Below the pieces are notes generated by a model. It searched no databases. It saw nothing but the letters and a program-made list of their open reading frames with translations, and was not told where the DNA came from. 64,000 nucleotides of DNA from an uncultured delta proteobacterium (GTDB lineage: Bacteria; Myxococcota; Myxococcia; Myxococcales; Myxococcaceae): positions 480,001 through 544,000 of the forward strand of contig CAVQKE010000004.1 of the NCBI GenBank assembly GCA_963713045.1, given 5' to 3'. The first letter of the stretch is position 1. Each line of letters opens with the position of its first letter. Shown here piece by piece: positions 40,078-50,566 of the stretch. Made by a program: the position numbers and the translations under genes.

Positions 40078-41445
40078 CTAACCGGATGGTCTCTTCCGCT
40101 GCGGCGCACTGGTGTGCCCGGGCCGTTCGCGGAACACCAAGTGCAAGGGAACGCGCAGCCCCAGCGCCTCACGGAGTTGGTTCGTTAGGTAGCGACGGTA
40201 GGCTTTCGTGACAGAACGCGGGCGGTTGCAGGTGATCGCGAAGGTTGGCGGCGAGCTGGCGACCTGGGTGATGTAATAAAACCGCAGCGGTCGACCGCCG
40301 TCTGAGGGCGCAGCGTGCGCGTCCACCGCCTTTTGCATAAGGCGATTGAGCATCGGCGTCCGGGCTCGAAAGCGGAACTGTTCAAACAGCTGAACTGCAA
40401 TGTCGAGCACCTTGCTGACTTGGCGCCCCCCCTGCAGTGCGGAACCAAACAAGATGGGAGCGTAGGGAACGAAGCGCAGCTGCCACTTGAGGGTCTCGCG
40501 AAATTTGTCTTGCTTGCGCTCGTCCCGGCTCACCAGGTCCCACTTGTTCACGAACACAACGAGGGCCCTGCCCTTTTGCTCGACGATGCCGGCGAGGCGG
40601 GCATCCTGTTCGACGCCCGGCTCGGTTGCATCCAAAACCAGCACAGCCACGTCGCTACGGTCGACGCTTCGGAGGGCCCCGAGGATGCTGACCCGCTCGA
40701 CGCGCTCAGCCAGTGCCCGCTTCTTTCGAATGCCAGCGGTGTCGGTCAGCACAATGGGACTGCCAGCGTGGACCAACTCCGTATCAATTGGGTCGCGGGT
40801 CGTTCCGGGGAGAGGACCAGCGAGCTGGCGCTCCTGGCCCACGAGCGCGTTGAGTAGGGTGCTCTTGCCCACATTCGGTCTGCCGATGATGGCAACGCGA
40901 ATCGAATCGCCGAGGTCAGGAATCCCAGGCGCAGTGCCTTCAGCAAGCGGCGGAAGCTGAGCCACGCCCGCATCGAGCAAGGCATCGATTCCGAGTGCGT
41001 GCTCGGCGGAAACGGGGAACACTTCAGGGAACCCAAGCTGGTAGAATTCAGCCGCTCCCGCCTCGGCGGTGGGTGCGTGGTCGAGTTTGTTCACGACCAC
41101 GAGTACGGGCTTCCCACTCTTCCGCAAGATGGCGGCGATTTCCGTGTCAGCGGTCACAAGCCCGGCACGGCCGTCGACGAGAAACAACACTAGGTCCGAA
41201 GTCTCGACAGCAATCTCGGCCTGCGCGCGAACGCCTTCGAGGACGTCATCGGAGCCTCCCGGTACGAAACCGCCGGTGTCCACGATGCTCAAGTCACGGC
41301 CGGCCCACGAGATGTCGGCATAGTGACGGTCTCTCGTGACGCCGGGAAGGTCCTCCACCAACGCCAGCCGTCGGCCGACCAGCCGGTTGAAGAGGGTGCT
41401 CTTTCCAACGTTGGGGCGACCGACAAGAGCGAGAAGGGGCTTCAC
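40078..41445 (-). CDS. der: Ribosome biogenesis GTPase Der
   Basis: Two GRPNVGKST G-domains, DTGG/DTAG, NKLD/NKWD. Confidence 0.97.
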   Translation of the reverse strand: MKPLLALVGRPNVGKSTLFNRLVGRRLALVEDLPGVTRDRHYADISWAGRDLSIVDTGGFVPGGSDDVLEGVRAQAEIAVETSDLVLFLVDGRAGLVTADTEIAAILRKSGKPVLVVVNKLDHAPTAEAGAAEFYQLGFPEVFPVSAEHALGIDALLDAGVAQLPPLAEGTAPGIPDLGDSIRVAIIGRPNVGKSTLLNALVGQERQLAGPLPGTTRDPIDTELVHAGSPIVLTDTAGIRKKRALAERVERVSILGALRSVDRSDVAVLVLDATEPGVEQDARLAGIVEQKGRALVVFVNKWDLVSRDERKQDKFRETLKWQLRFVPYAPILFGSALQGGRQVSKVLDIAVQLFEQFRFRARTPMLNRLMQKAVDAHAAPSDGGRPLRFYYITQVASSPPTFAITCNRPRSVTKAYRRYLTNQLREALGLRVPLHLVFRERPGHTSAPQRKRPSG

Positions 41446-42383
41446 CGCAGCCCCACTCGTCGTAGCCCGCGCTCGCTGTCACGCCAACGAGGCTCCACCT
41501 TAACGCGGAGCGAAAGGTAGACGTGCGTTCCGAGCATCTGCTCTATTGCCGCGCGGGCGTCGGTGCCGATGGATTTCAGCATTGCGCCGCGCTTACCAAT
41601 CACAATCGCCTTTTGGCTCTCCCGCTCGACGTAGATGGTGGCGGCGATCCGCACCAAGCCTTGTAGCCTTCCCTGCGCGCCCGGGCGCGGCGCACGATCC
41701 GTTTCATCAAAGACCTCCACCAGGACGGCACTAGCGTGAGGAACCTCTTCACGGCAGTGGTCCAGGACCTGCTCCCGAATGAGCTCCGCCGCGAGGCTCC
41801 GCTCAGACTGATCGGTAAAGGTCTCAAGGGGGAAAATAGGCTCACCGGCGGGTAGCTGTCGGAGGAGGGTCTCGAGCAGCTCCTCCACGCCAGCTCCTGT
41901 TCGCGCCGAGATGAAGAAAGTGTCATTGAAACCGAGAGCGTCCCGGTAGAGCTCGGCAAGCGGCAGAAGTGGCGCCTTTGCGACCGAGTCCACCTTGTTG
42001 AGGGCGAGAAACCTCGGTTTTCGGAGCATTTCGAGCTGATCAAGGATGGCACGGTTCCCCGGTGTAAGTTCCGGCGTTTGCCCGTCTTTGCCCAGGGTTG
42101 GCTCGACTACGAGGAGCACCGCATCCACATCACCGAGAGCGCCCAGAGCAACTGCCTGTAAGGCCTGGCCGAGCTTTCCCTTGGCTTCGTGCAGACCTGG
42201 CGTGTCAACCAGTACGAGCTGGCCTTGAGGCCGGTTTACGACTCCTAGGATGCGCGTTCGAGTCGTTTGAGGTTTCGAGGAGACAATGGCCACCTTCTCG
42301 CCGACGAGACGGTTGAGGAGCGTGCTCTTACCGACGTTGGGGCGGCCAACAAGTGCCACGGTGCCGGCATGAAATGTGGGCAT
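41442..42383 (-). CDS. era: GTPase Era
   Basis: GRPNVGKST, KPQTTR, DTPG, KH domain VIGKRG. Confidence 0.97.
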   Translation of the reverse strand: MPTFHAGTVALVGRPNVGKSTLLNRLVGEKVAIVSSKPQTTRTRILGVVNRPQGQLVLVDTPGLHEAKGKLGQALQAVALGALGDVDAVLLVVEPTLGKDGQTPELTPGNRAILDQLEMLRKPRFLALNKVDSVAKAPLLPLAELYRDALGFNDTFFISARTGAGVEELLETLLRQLPAGEPIFPLETFTDQSERSLAAELIREQVLDHCREEVPHASAVLVEVFDETDRAPRPGAQGRLQGLVRIAATIYVERESQKAIVIGKRGAMLKSIGTDARAAIEQMLGTHVYLSLRVKVEPRWRDSERGLRRVGLR

Positions 42384-42438
42384 GAACCCCGAAGGTGTCT
42401 AGAGCCGCCCGCCCGGCAAAGCCCTTCAGCCGAAGGCT

Positions 42439-42990
42439 TTACGGGGTCTCCGAGATGGTCACCGAGCGCACTTTTACGTCCGTGCGGGGCCGGTCCCCGG
42501 GGCCCTTGGCGATGTCGTTGGCCACCCGCTTCACAACGTCCATGCCTGTGACGACCTCACCAAAAATGGTGTGCTTGTTGTCGAGCCACGGAGTTGGCAC
42601 CACGGTGATGAAGAACTGGCTCCCATTGGTATTCGGACCGGCGTTGGCCATCGCGAGCAGGCCCGGCCGGTCGAAACGGCGACGGCTCTGAAACTCATCC
42701 TCGAATTGGTAGCCTGGGCCTCCGGTGCCCCGGCCGAGCGGATCTCCACCTTGAACCATGAAGTCTCCGATGCATCGGTGAAAGATTGTGCCGTCGTAGA
42801 GGGGAGTCCCGGTCTTTTTTTCACGGGTCCCCGGGTGGGTCCACGTCTTCTCACCAGTCGCAAGACCGACAAAATTCTCGACGGTTTTTGGTGCATCCTT
42901 GGGGAACAGCTTCACCACGACTGTCCCTTCGCTGGTGTCGAAATGAGCGTAAAGGTCTTTTCCCGCCCGCACTGCATCCGTCATTGCCAT
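42439..42990 (-). CDS. Cyclophilin-type PPIase (cytoplasmic)
   Basis: FHR...FMVQGGDP, LAMANAGPNTNGSQFFIT. Confidence 0.95.
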   Translation of the reverse strand: MAMTDAVRAGKDLYAHFDTSEGTVVVKLFPKDAPKTVENFVGLATGEKTWTHPGTREKKTGTPLYDGTIFHRCIGDFMVQGGDPLGRGTGGPGYQFEDEFQSRRRFDRPGLLAMANAGPNTNGSQFFITVVPTPWLDNKHTIFGEVVTGMDVVKRVANDIAKGPGDRPRTDVKVRSVTISETP

Positions 42991-43017
42991 GGTGTCGTTC
43001 CTGTCCGGAGAAAGAAC

Positions 43018-43656
43018 CTATTTGCCAGCTTTGGGTGCCTTGTCAGAAACCTGAACTGACTGCAGCACGACCGCCGTATCCGGCCTATCCCGACCATCTG
43101 CTCCCGTCGGAACGTTGGAGATTTTCTCGACGACATCGTATCCGCTCACTACCTCTCCGAAGATGGTGTGCTTGCCATTGAGATGGCTGGGGGTCGAGAC
43201 GGTAATGAACCACTGCATGCCGTTGGTGCCTGGACCGCGGTTGGCCATCGCGAGCAAACCGACCTTGTCGAAAGTCTTCCCGTTCGATGTCTCGTCAGCG
43301 AAGGTATAACCCGGGTCACCCCGGCCGGTTCCAGTAGGGTCACCGCCCTGAATCATGAATCCAGCAATGACCCGGTGAAAGATGGTGTTGTCATAGGCGC
43401 GGGCCGTGCTCTTTTGACCAGTACGCGGGTCGGTCCAGGGCTGCTCGCCGGTCGCAAGCCCGACGAAGTTGGCAACTGTCTTGGGCGCGGCCTTCGAAAA
43501 GAGATGCAGAACGATGTTGCCCTGGGTGGTTTTCATCGTCACCCAGAGGTCATGTCCGGCTAGGGCCTTCTGCATCCATGGGGTCTTGACTGGCGCATCC
43601 GTCGCGAGTGCTGGCGCTGCAACCGCAAGGGCCAGGCTGACAAGAAGTCGGTTCAT
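43018..43656 (-). CDS. Cyclophilin-type PPIase (exported)
   Basis: Signal peptide ending ALA; FHRVIAGFMIQGGDP, LAMANRGP. Confidence 0.95.
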   Translation of the reverse strand: MNRLLVSLALAVAAPALATDAPVKTPWMQKALAGHDLWVTMKTTQGNIVLHLFSKAAPKTVANFVGLATGEQPWTDPRTGQKSTARAYDNTIFHRVIAGFMIQGGDPTGTGRGDPGYTFADETSNGKTFDKVGLLAMANRGPGTNGMQWFITVSTPSHLNGKHTIFGEVVSGYDVVEKISNVPTGADGRDRPDTAVVLQSVQVSDKAPKAGK

Positions 43657-43709
43657 GAAGGTGTCTTTTGCCTCAGACGGGCCCAGAAAGCTCGCGCTTT
43701 CCGCTAGGG

Positions 43710-44420
43710 CTATCCAGGCTTGGCGCGCTCCATTTCGAGCGTCTTTCGGGCGGCTGCTTGCTCGGCTTCCTTCTTGCTGCGCCCGATGGCCCGCGCAAAG
43801 ACTTCGCTACCAACACTGACCTCCACCTCGAACCTCTTCGCGTGGTCTGGACCTTCCTCTGCCACGACCCGGTACCGCGGCGGAACGCGCCCTTGACGCT
43901 GCATCAGCTCCTGAAGCCGAGTCTTGTAGTCATCGCCGCTTCTGCCCTCAGCGACCCCATCCAACGCTTCTGCAAAATGGCGGTCGACTAGCGCCATCGC
44001 TCCGGCAACGCCTTGCGTCAGATAGACCGCTGCGACTACCGCCTCGAGTGCGTCGGCTAGTACCGAGCTTTTATCGCGGCCACCCGTCAGTTCCTCCCCA
44101 CGGCCCATGCGGAGCAATTCACCGATGCGCAGATCGCGAGCAACGCGTGCTAGGGATTCCTCATTCACGATGAGCGCGCGAAGCTTAGAAAGCTCGCCCT
44201 CATCCGCAGCGGGAAAGCGCTCCATCAGACGGTGGCTCACAACGAGGTCCACCACCGCGTCCCCTAGAAATTCGAGCCGTTCGTTGTCTACCACCGCCTC
44301 GCCCCGGTGCTCGTTGCAGTAACTTTTGTGCGTTAAGGCAGCTAGCCCAAGGCTCGGGTCCAGCTGCTCCGCTCCCAGGCGTTCCTGGAGGACGAGCACG
44401 CGGTCCGTTGCGACTTCCAT
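43710..44420 (-). CDS. rnc: Ribonuclease III
   Basis: ALTHKS, NERLEFLGDAV, ADALEA, dsRBD DYKTRLQE. Confidence 0.97.
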   Translation of the reverse strand: MEVATDRVLVLQERLGAEQLDPSLGLAALTHKSYCNEHRGEAVVDNERLEFLGDAVVDLVVSHRLMERFPAADEGELSKLRALIVNEESLARVARDLRIGELLRMGRGEELTGGRDKSSVLADALEAVVAAVYLTQGVAGAMALVDRHFAEALDGVAEGRSGDDYKTRLQELMQRQGRVPPRYRVVAEEGPDHAKRFEVEVSVGSEVFARAIGRSKKEAEQAAARKTLEMERAKPG

Positions 44421-44426
44421 TCTGGC

Positions 44427-45464
44427 TTATCCATCAGCGAGCTGCCGAGCAAGTTGCTCAGCCAGCTCATAGGGGTCCGCCTGGTGAGCGACAATGGCAG
44501 CGGCCACCTCCTCGAGTCTGCCGCGCTCGCGCTCCAGTCGTCCAAGCGCTTCCCGCAGAAGGCGCTCGCGGAGCAGTGCGACGAATTGCATCCGCGCTCG
44601 GGCCCGCTCCCGCACCGTCCGCTGGCCAGTTTGGTCCAGAAACGTTCGGTGTCGCTCGATACCCGCGAGCACCTCTGTCACGCCCTCATCATGAGATGCG
44701 ACAGTCTTGAGAATTGGTGGCTCCCACACTGTGGGATCCGGGGGCGCCGGCGCTTGGGGTGGAAGACCGCCGGTCGAGAGTCGCATGCGACGGTGCTGAG
44801 CATCGTGGCTTGCCGGCGGTGTACGAACCGCATGCCTTAGCTCGAGCATCTGCCGGAGCTCGCGAACCGTGCGGTCGGCCCCTGCGAGGTCGGCCTTGTT
44901 CACTACAAAGACGTCCGCGACCTCGAGGATGCCAGCTTTGATGGCCTGGATGTCGTCGCCCATTCCGGGGACTGTCACGAGCACGGTGGTGTGGGCCATC
45001 TGTGCGACATCAATTTCATCCTGCCCAACTCCGACAGTTTCCACCAAGACCACGTCCCGGCCCATCGCATCGAGAATGCGGATGCAGTCTCCAGTGGCTC
45101 GTGACAATCCACCCAACGCCCCTCGGGTTGCAAGCGAGCGGATGAAAACTCCGTCATCGGACGAGTGGTCTTGCATGCGAATGCGGTCACCGAGAATCGC
45201 GCCACCGGTGAACGGACTGGTAGGGTCAACGCAGAGCACTCCCACGGTTTTTCTCTGTAGCCGAAGGCCCGCAATCAGCCGGTCGGTCAGTGTCGACTTC
45301 CCGGATCCGGGACTTCCCGTCACGCCGATGACGTAGGCCCGTCCTGTGTGGGGGAACAGTGTCTGAAGGTCTGCGATTGCGGAGCGCTCTCCATCGTCGA
45401 CGTGGCGCATAAGGCGCGAGGCAGCGCGTACATCCCCGGCCAAGACGCGAGCAGCGAGCGCCAT
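44427..45464 (-). CDS. meaB: B12-mutase-associated GTPase MeaB
   Basis: GSPGSGKST, VDPTSPFTGGAILGDRIRM, ETVGVGQ, NKAD. Confidence 0.95.
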   Translation of the reverse strand: MALAARVLAGDVRAASRLMRHVDDGERSAIADLQTLFPHTGRAYVIGVTGSPGSGKSTLTDRLIAGLRLQRKTVGVLCVDPTSPFTGGAILGDRIRMQDHSSDDGVFIRSLATRGALGGLSRATGDCIRILDAMGRDVVLVETVGVGQDEIDVAQMAHTTVLVTVPGMGDDIQAIKAGILEVADVFVVNKADLAGADRTVRELRQMLELRHAVRTPPASHDAQHRRMRLSTGGLPPQAPAPPDPTVWEPPILKTVASHDEGVTEVLAGIERHRTFLDQTGQRTVRERARARMQFVALLRERLLREALGRLERERGRLEEVAAAIVAHQADPYELAEQLARQLADG

Positions 45465-46333
45465 CACCTGTCGTCCCAAGAAGCGAGTACTTCCACTTCA
45501 GAGGCCGTGATGCCGAGAGCCCCGGCCACCACGACCGCTACCCCAGGAAAGCCCTCGAGTTCGAACTGGTCCGCCCAAACCTTGCCGCCAGGCCCTGCCA
45601 ACAGCGCCCTGAATGTTCGATCCCGAACCCGGGTCGCCGCAAAACGGTAAAGGATTCCCTGCGCGCGCAGCGTCACGACGACATCGATGGTGGCCGCAGC
45701 GGGAATCCAAGCAGCCTCCCCAAAATGGTCGAGCAGCTCTCGGTAGTCGACGGGGCGGCTCGCGGGCGAGGCGGGCCCGACGGGAGTTCCTGCGGAGGCT
45801 GGCAGGGGCACGAGCGCGCGAAGGTGGGCGAGGAGTGCGGCTCGGTTTGGGAACTCGGAAGAATCGAAGGGCGGCCCGACGTCGGTTACTACGGCTTCAC
45901 CTTCTCGAGTCAACTCCACCACCCGCAGCTGCCCCCGCTTATCGCCAGCCAATACGAAGTGGAGAGGGGCGTCATCGATGCGAGCCGCGAGCTCCAGCGT
46001 TTCCGGGTCGACCAGTGGAGCGCAGCCTAGCGCGCGAAGCTCCGAGCTCCGTCGCTGCAGGGTGACCAGATGGGTATGAAAAGCTCCGGCGAGCTGTTGC
46101 TCGAGTTCAGATCGGCTCCGCACGCCGTCCAGCGTCAGCGGCGGCAGTCCCACCAATTCCGCCGGCTCCAACGGGATGAGGCGTTCCTCGGCCAGCGCAA
46201 ACACCCCAGTCGCGATCGGCCGCCGCGCCAATGGGTTGAGAAGAGGGGTCCCGAGTTGAAGCACCGCCTCTAGGCCGGTTTCGGTGTGAGTGACGCCGAG
46301 CCCCAAGTCGGTCAATCGATCTGCGTCGACCAT
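45464..46333 (-). CDS. Hypothetical protein, translationally coupled on both sides
   Basis: Overlaps the acyl-CoA dehydrogenase stop and the meaB start; plausible composition. Confidence 0.7.
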   Translation of the reverse strand: MVDADRLTDLGLGVTHTETGLEAVLQLGTPLLNPLARRPIATGVFALAEERLIPLEPAELVGLPPLTLDGVRSRSELEQQLAGAFHTHLVTLQRRSSELRALGCAPLVDPETLELAARIDDAPLHFVLAGDKRGQLRVVELTREGEAVVTDVGPPFDSSEFPNRAALLAHLRALVPLPASAGTPVGPASPASRPVDYRELLDHFGEAAWIPAAATIDVVVTLRAQGILYRFAATRVRDRTFRALLAGPGGKVWADQFELEGFPGVAVVVAGALGITASEVEVLASWDDR

Positions 46334-47481
46334 CACGCCCTGAGCAATTCGCGGGCGATGATTGTCCGCTGGATCTCGCTCGTACCCTCGCCGATTTCGC
46401 AAAGTTTCGCGTCGCGGAGGTAGCGCTCGACAGGAAACTCGCGCGTATACCCGTAGCCTCCGTGAATCTGCAGGGCCCGGTTACACGCACGGGTGGCAGC
46501 CTCGCTCGCAAAGAGCTTCGCAATCGACGCCTCGCGTGTGTACGGACGCCCGGTATCGGCGAGGCATGCAGCCCGATGCACAAGCAAGCGCGCCGCTTCG
46601 AGCTCCGTTCGCATGTCCGCGAGCATCCACCTAATCGCCTCGAATGTGGCGATCGGCTTGCCGAACGCCTGACGCTCACGTGCGTAGCCGACCGCTTCTT
46701 CTAGAGCACCGCGGTGAAGCCCAACCGCCAATGCCCCAATCGCGATGCGTCCTTTGTCTAGGATTTGCAGCGTGTTGATGAACCCCATGCCAGGCTCGCC
46801 CACCAGATGGCTCTCGGGGACAACCGCATTCTCGAAGATTAGCTCGGCCGTATCCGAGGACCGCATGCCCAGCTTGCCGTGAATAGGCCGCTGGGTGAAG
46901 CCTGGTGTCCCCTTTTCGACTAGGAACGCGCTGACTCCTTTTTGCCGCAATTCCGGAGCCGTCAGGGCAAGCACGATGAAGACCTGGGCCACCGTTCCCT
47001 GGGTAATGAACATCTTGTTGCCATTCAAAACCCAGCTCTCGCCTCTCCGCACAGCAGTGGTCTTCATCGCAGCCGCGTCTGAGCCGCTCCCCGGCTCAGT
47101 CAATGCCCACGCCCCGAGGTATTCCCCAGTGGCAAGAGGGGGGAGGTAGCGCCGCCTCTGCTCCAAACTGCCGAAGAGTCGTAGGTGGCTCGTTCCCAGG
47201 CCATTGTGACTGGCAACGGTGAGTGCCAGCGAGCCGTCGAAGCGTGCAATCTCCTCTACAGCAACAGCGACCGCGAGGGTGTCGAGCCCAGAGCCCCCGT
47301 ACTCCTCGGGAATCTGCATGCCAAGGACGCCGAGCTCCCCAAGGGCCTGGACGGTCTCCATGTTCAGCCGCTCGGCGTGGTCCCAGGCGCGAGCGTGGCC
47401 CTTCACCCTTTCCTCGCAAAACGCTCGGAGCGTGGCCTGCAGCGCGCGATGACTCTCCGGGAGCTCGGCTGTCGTGCTCAT
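46333..47481 (-). CDS. Acyl-CoA dehydrogenase (LiuA-like by context)
   Basis: [38 protein letters not shown]. Confidence 0.92.
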   Translation of the reverse strand: MSTTAELPESHRALQATLRAFCEERVKGHARAWDHAERLNMETVQALGELGVLGMQIPEEYGGSGLDTLAVAVAVEEIARFDGSLALTVASHNGLGTSHLRLFGSLEQRRRYLPPLATGEYLGAWALTEPGSGSDAAAMKTTAVRRGESWVLNGNKMFITQGTVAQVFIVLALTAPELRQKGVSAFLVEKGTPGFTQRPIHGKLGMRSSDTAELIFENAVVPESHLVGEPGMGFINTLQILDKGRIAIGALAVGLHRGALEEAVGYARERQAFGKPIATFEAIRWMLADMRTELEAARLLVHRAACLADTGRPYTREASIAKLFASEAATRACNRALQIHGGYGYTREFPVERYLRDAKLCEIGEGTSEIQRTIIARELLRA

Positions 47482-47539
47482 GCCTGTTGTGCTTATAACG
47501 GCCGGCTGCCTCGCCGAAAAGTCATGCCGCGCCAGCTTC

Positions 47540-49069
47540 TTAGACGGGCCAAACGCCGTGTTTGCGGGCTGCTCGGGGTTGGAAGCTTCGACGGTAGAAG
47601 GCGAGGCGACGCACGAGTTCTTCTCGAAGTTCATCGCCAGGAACGACTTCGTCTACCACCAGCTCTGAGGCAAGTTTCAAGAGGTCTACATCGGACCGGT
47701 ACTCGGCCCGGAGCCCCTCGATGTAGGCGGCTCGCTCAGCCTCGGGCTTCTCGAGTATCTTGTTGAAGAAGACGGCGTTCACTGCTGCCTCGGGACCCAT
47801 CACAGCGATCATCGCCTGGGGAAGTGCGAGAGTGCAGTCCGGCCCAAACCCCGGACCGGACATCGCATAAAGGCCAGCACCGTAGGCCTTTCGCACCACG
47901 ACCGAGATGCGAGGCACTGTTGCTTCGGAAACTGCGGAAATCATCTTCGCACCAGCTCGAATAATTCCGGCGCGCTCCACCTTCGTACCGATCATGAACC
48001 CGGGGACGTCGGCGAGGAAAATCAGAGGAAGGTTGAACGCGTCACAGAGCCATATGAACCGTGCGGCTTTGTCCGCAGAGTCGACGAAGAGCACTCCTCC
48101 TTTGTACTTGGGCTGATTGGCTAGGATGCCGACCGCTCGACCATCGATGCGAGCAAACCCGGTGATGAGCTCTTGGGCAAACAGCTTTTTTATTTCGAAG
48201 AAGGAGCCGCCATCGACGAGCTCCCGGAGCAGCGCGAACATGTCGAACGGCTTGTTCTGGTCGGCCGGCACGATGTCCTCAATGGACCGGCCACTACGGT
48301 CCGGATCCCGCGCCTCCACCACCGGTGGCTCGCTCGAGAAGTTGTCCGGTAAATATGAAAGGTAGGTACGAGCAACGGCGATGGCCTCGTCCTCCGTCTT
48401 TACCAGCACGTCACCGCATCCCGAGACAGAGCAGTGCATGCGCGCTCCTCCCATCTCGTCCAAGGTGACTTTTTCGCCGATGACCATCTCAGCCATGCGA
48501 GGGCTACCGAGGTACATCGAGGCATTGCCCTCGACCATGACGACCAGGTCGCAAAACGCCGGGATGTAGGCGCCGCCCGCGGCGGAGGGACCAAACAGCA
48601 GGCAAACCTGCGGCACTTCACCAGAGAGCAGCACCTCGTTCCGGAAGATGCGCCCTGCTCCACGCCGGCCGGGGAACATGTCAACCTGGTCGGTGATGCG
48701 GGCACCTGCCGAATCCACCAGATAGAGAAGAGGACAACGTACCCGCGCCGCCGTCTCCTGAATGCGAAGGATTTTTTCGACCGTTCGCGCGCCCCAACTT
48801 CCCGCCTTCACCGTGGAGTCGTTGGCCATGAGGGCCACTGGACGCCCGGCGATGGTTCCTAGTCCGGTGATGACGCCATCCGCTGGAAATTCGGGATCTG
48901 CTCCATGGGCGAACGTTCCATCCTCAGTGAACGAGTTCGGGTCGAGCAGCCGGGATAGACGCTCGCGCGCGAACAGCTTCCCGACCTCCGCATTCTTGGC
49001 GTGGTATTTTGGATCGCCACCCTGGCGGATGAGCGTGCGCCGCTGCCGCGTACTGTCGTCGAAGCCCAT
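47540..49069 (-). CDS. Acyl-CoA carboxylase beta subunit (LiuB-like)
   Basis: [28 protein letters not shown]. Confidence 0.92.
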   Translation of the reverse strand: MGFDDSTRQRRTLIRQGGDPKYHAKNAEVGKLFARERLSRLLDPNSFTEDGTFAHGADPEFPADGVITGLGTIAGRPVALMANDSTVKAGSWGARTVEKILRIQETAARVRCPLLYLVDSAGARITDQVDMFPGRRGAGRIFRNEVLLSGEVPQVCLLFGPSAAGGAYIPAFCDLVVMVEGNASMYLGSPRMAEMVIGEKVTLDEMGGARMHCSVSGCGDVLVKTEDEAIAVARTYLSYLPDNFSSEPPVVEARDPDRSGRSIEDIVPADQNKPFDMFALLRELVDGGSFFEIKKLFAQELITGFARIDGRAVGILANQPKYKGGVLFVDSADKAARFIWLCDAFNLPLIFLADVPGFMIGTKVERAGIIRAGAKMISAVSEATVPRISVVVRKAYGAGLYAMSGPGFGPDCTLALPQAMIAVMGPEAAVNAVFFNKILEKPEAERAAYIEGLRAEYRSDVDLLKLASELVVDEVVPGDELREELVRRLAFYRRSFQPRAARKHGVWPV

Positions 49070-49141
49070 GCTGGGCCGTCGGCCTTAGCAGAAATGCCTG
49101 CTGTGGGCGCGTACTTACTGCGCCGCGTCGTTGGTCGGGGA

Positions 49142-49546
49142 CTAGGCTGCCGGCTGTGCCGGTTGCTCGAGAGCCGCCCAGGCATGGCGGACGGCGGCCC
49201 GAACCACTCGCGGTTCGAAGGGTTTCCCGATGACGCCGCGAACCCCGGGAAGGTCCGGCAGGTCGGCATCTTCCGTTGCGAACAAGGAGGAGATGACGAT
49301 CACCGGGAAGCGGTTGCAACCATAACGGTCCCGGAGTCGAGTGATGAAGGTAATCCCATTCACACGGGGCATCATCAGGTCGACGAGCACGACGCACGCC
49401 TGCGGGGAATTGGCTAGAACTGCTAACCCCGCATCCCCGTCGTCGGCAACGTCCACTGAGTATCCGTCCACCTCGAGGATGCGCTGTAAGAACGCACGAA
49501 ATCCTGGCTGGTCGTCGATGACTAAAACACGCCGGCGAAGGTCCAT
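49142..49546 (-). CDS. Single-domain response regulator
   Basis: VLVIDD, LVDLMMP, VIS, KPF. Confidence 0.88.
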   Translation of the reverse strand: MDLRRRVLVIDDQPGFRAFLQRILEVDGYSVDVADDGDAGLAVLANSPQACVVLVDLMMPRVNGITFITRLRDRYGCNRFPVIVISSLFATEDADLPDLPGVRGVIGKPFEPRVVRAAVRHAWAALEQPAQPAA

Positions 49547-49738
49547 CACCAGACAAAGCGTAGCCGAACCGCTAGACGAGTAAAGTGAGACCTCCCCGTC
49601 ATCCGGGCCTCTGGACGGGGGCAAAGTGACCCTCCTCGAGCAAGGTCCACAGGGCTTGTGCGCTGACCGGTGCAGAGGTGAGTTCCGGGGAGGGGTTCTT
49701 TGCGGTCGGCCACGACTCGCTGTCCGGAAGGAGCTGCA

Positions 49739-50515
49739 CTAGCGGCCACGAAAGCGTGGCGGCCGCTTCTCGGCAAAGGCCGCTAGTCCCTCGAGACGGT
49801 CCTCGGAGGTGAACAGCTGCTGGTAGTGACGCAGCTCGACTGCAAGTCCGTCGTCAAGACTCAAAGCAACCCCTTCGTCGATGGCATGTTTTGCAGCGGC
49901 GACGGCCAGCGGCGCATTGGCAGCCACTTGATCCGCCAACCCCAGCGAGACCTCCAGGAGGCGTCCCTCGGGCGCGAGCCTTTGAACTAATCCGATGGCA
50001 AGTGCCTCGGCCGCGTTGATGCGGCGCCCAGTCAGAATCAAATCCTTGGCCCGGGCGATTCCCACTAGGCGAGGGAGCCGCTGTGTTCCTCCTCCGCCGG
50101 GGATGATGCCGAGTTGCACTTCGGTCAACCCCATTTCGGCCGTCGGCGCGGCAACGCGGAAGTCACATGCGAGAGCGAGCTCGGTGCCACCCCCTAGCGC
50201 GGCACCATTGATGGCAGCGATAAAGACACAGCCACTCCGTTCGACTGCCCGCAATGCTCTGGCCAACTGGGCGAGGAACGCTCGAACCTCTTCCTCCGAC
50301 ATGCCAGCCCGTTCCTTGAGGTCCGCGCCGGCACAGAACGCACGATCGCCGGCTCCAGTCAGGACAACTGCACGGGTCTCGTGCCCCCGACTCACCCGCT
50401 CCACCCGTTTCTCAAACTCGGCAAGCAGGGCACGGCTAATGGCATTTCGCCGCCTCTCGCCGTCGATCGTCCACAGCTCTGTGCTACCGCGGCGCTCCTC
50501 GCGGAACTCGGCCAT
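49739..50515 (-). CDS. liuC: Enoyl-CoA hydratase (methylglutaconyl-CoA hydratase-like)
   Basis: [38 protein letters not shown]; leucine cluster context. Confidence 0.85.
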   Translation of the reverse strand: MAEFREERRGSTELWTIDGERRRNAISRALLAEFEKRVERVSRGHETRAVVLTGAGDRAFCAGADLKERAGMSEEEVRAFLAQLARALRAVERSGCVFIAAINGAALGGGTELALACDFRVAAPTAEMGLTEVQLGIIPGGGGTQRLPRLVGIARAKDLILTGRRINAAEALAIGLVQRLAPEGRLLEVSLGLADQVAANAPLAVAAAKHAIDEGVALSLDDGLAVELRHYQQLFTSEDRLEGLAAFAEKRPPRFRGR

Positions 50516-50566
50516 ACCTCACCCTTACTCCGGCTGGGGGAAGCCCTGGTAGAGTCTGTTCTTCAC

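Noticed and set aside
39939..40172. 77-aa Cys-rich ORF between der and the yfgM-like gene
   Set aside because: Overlaps the der 3' end out of frame and has no coherent motif.
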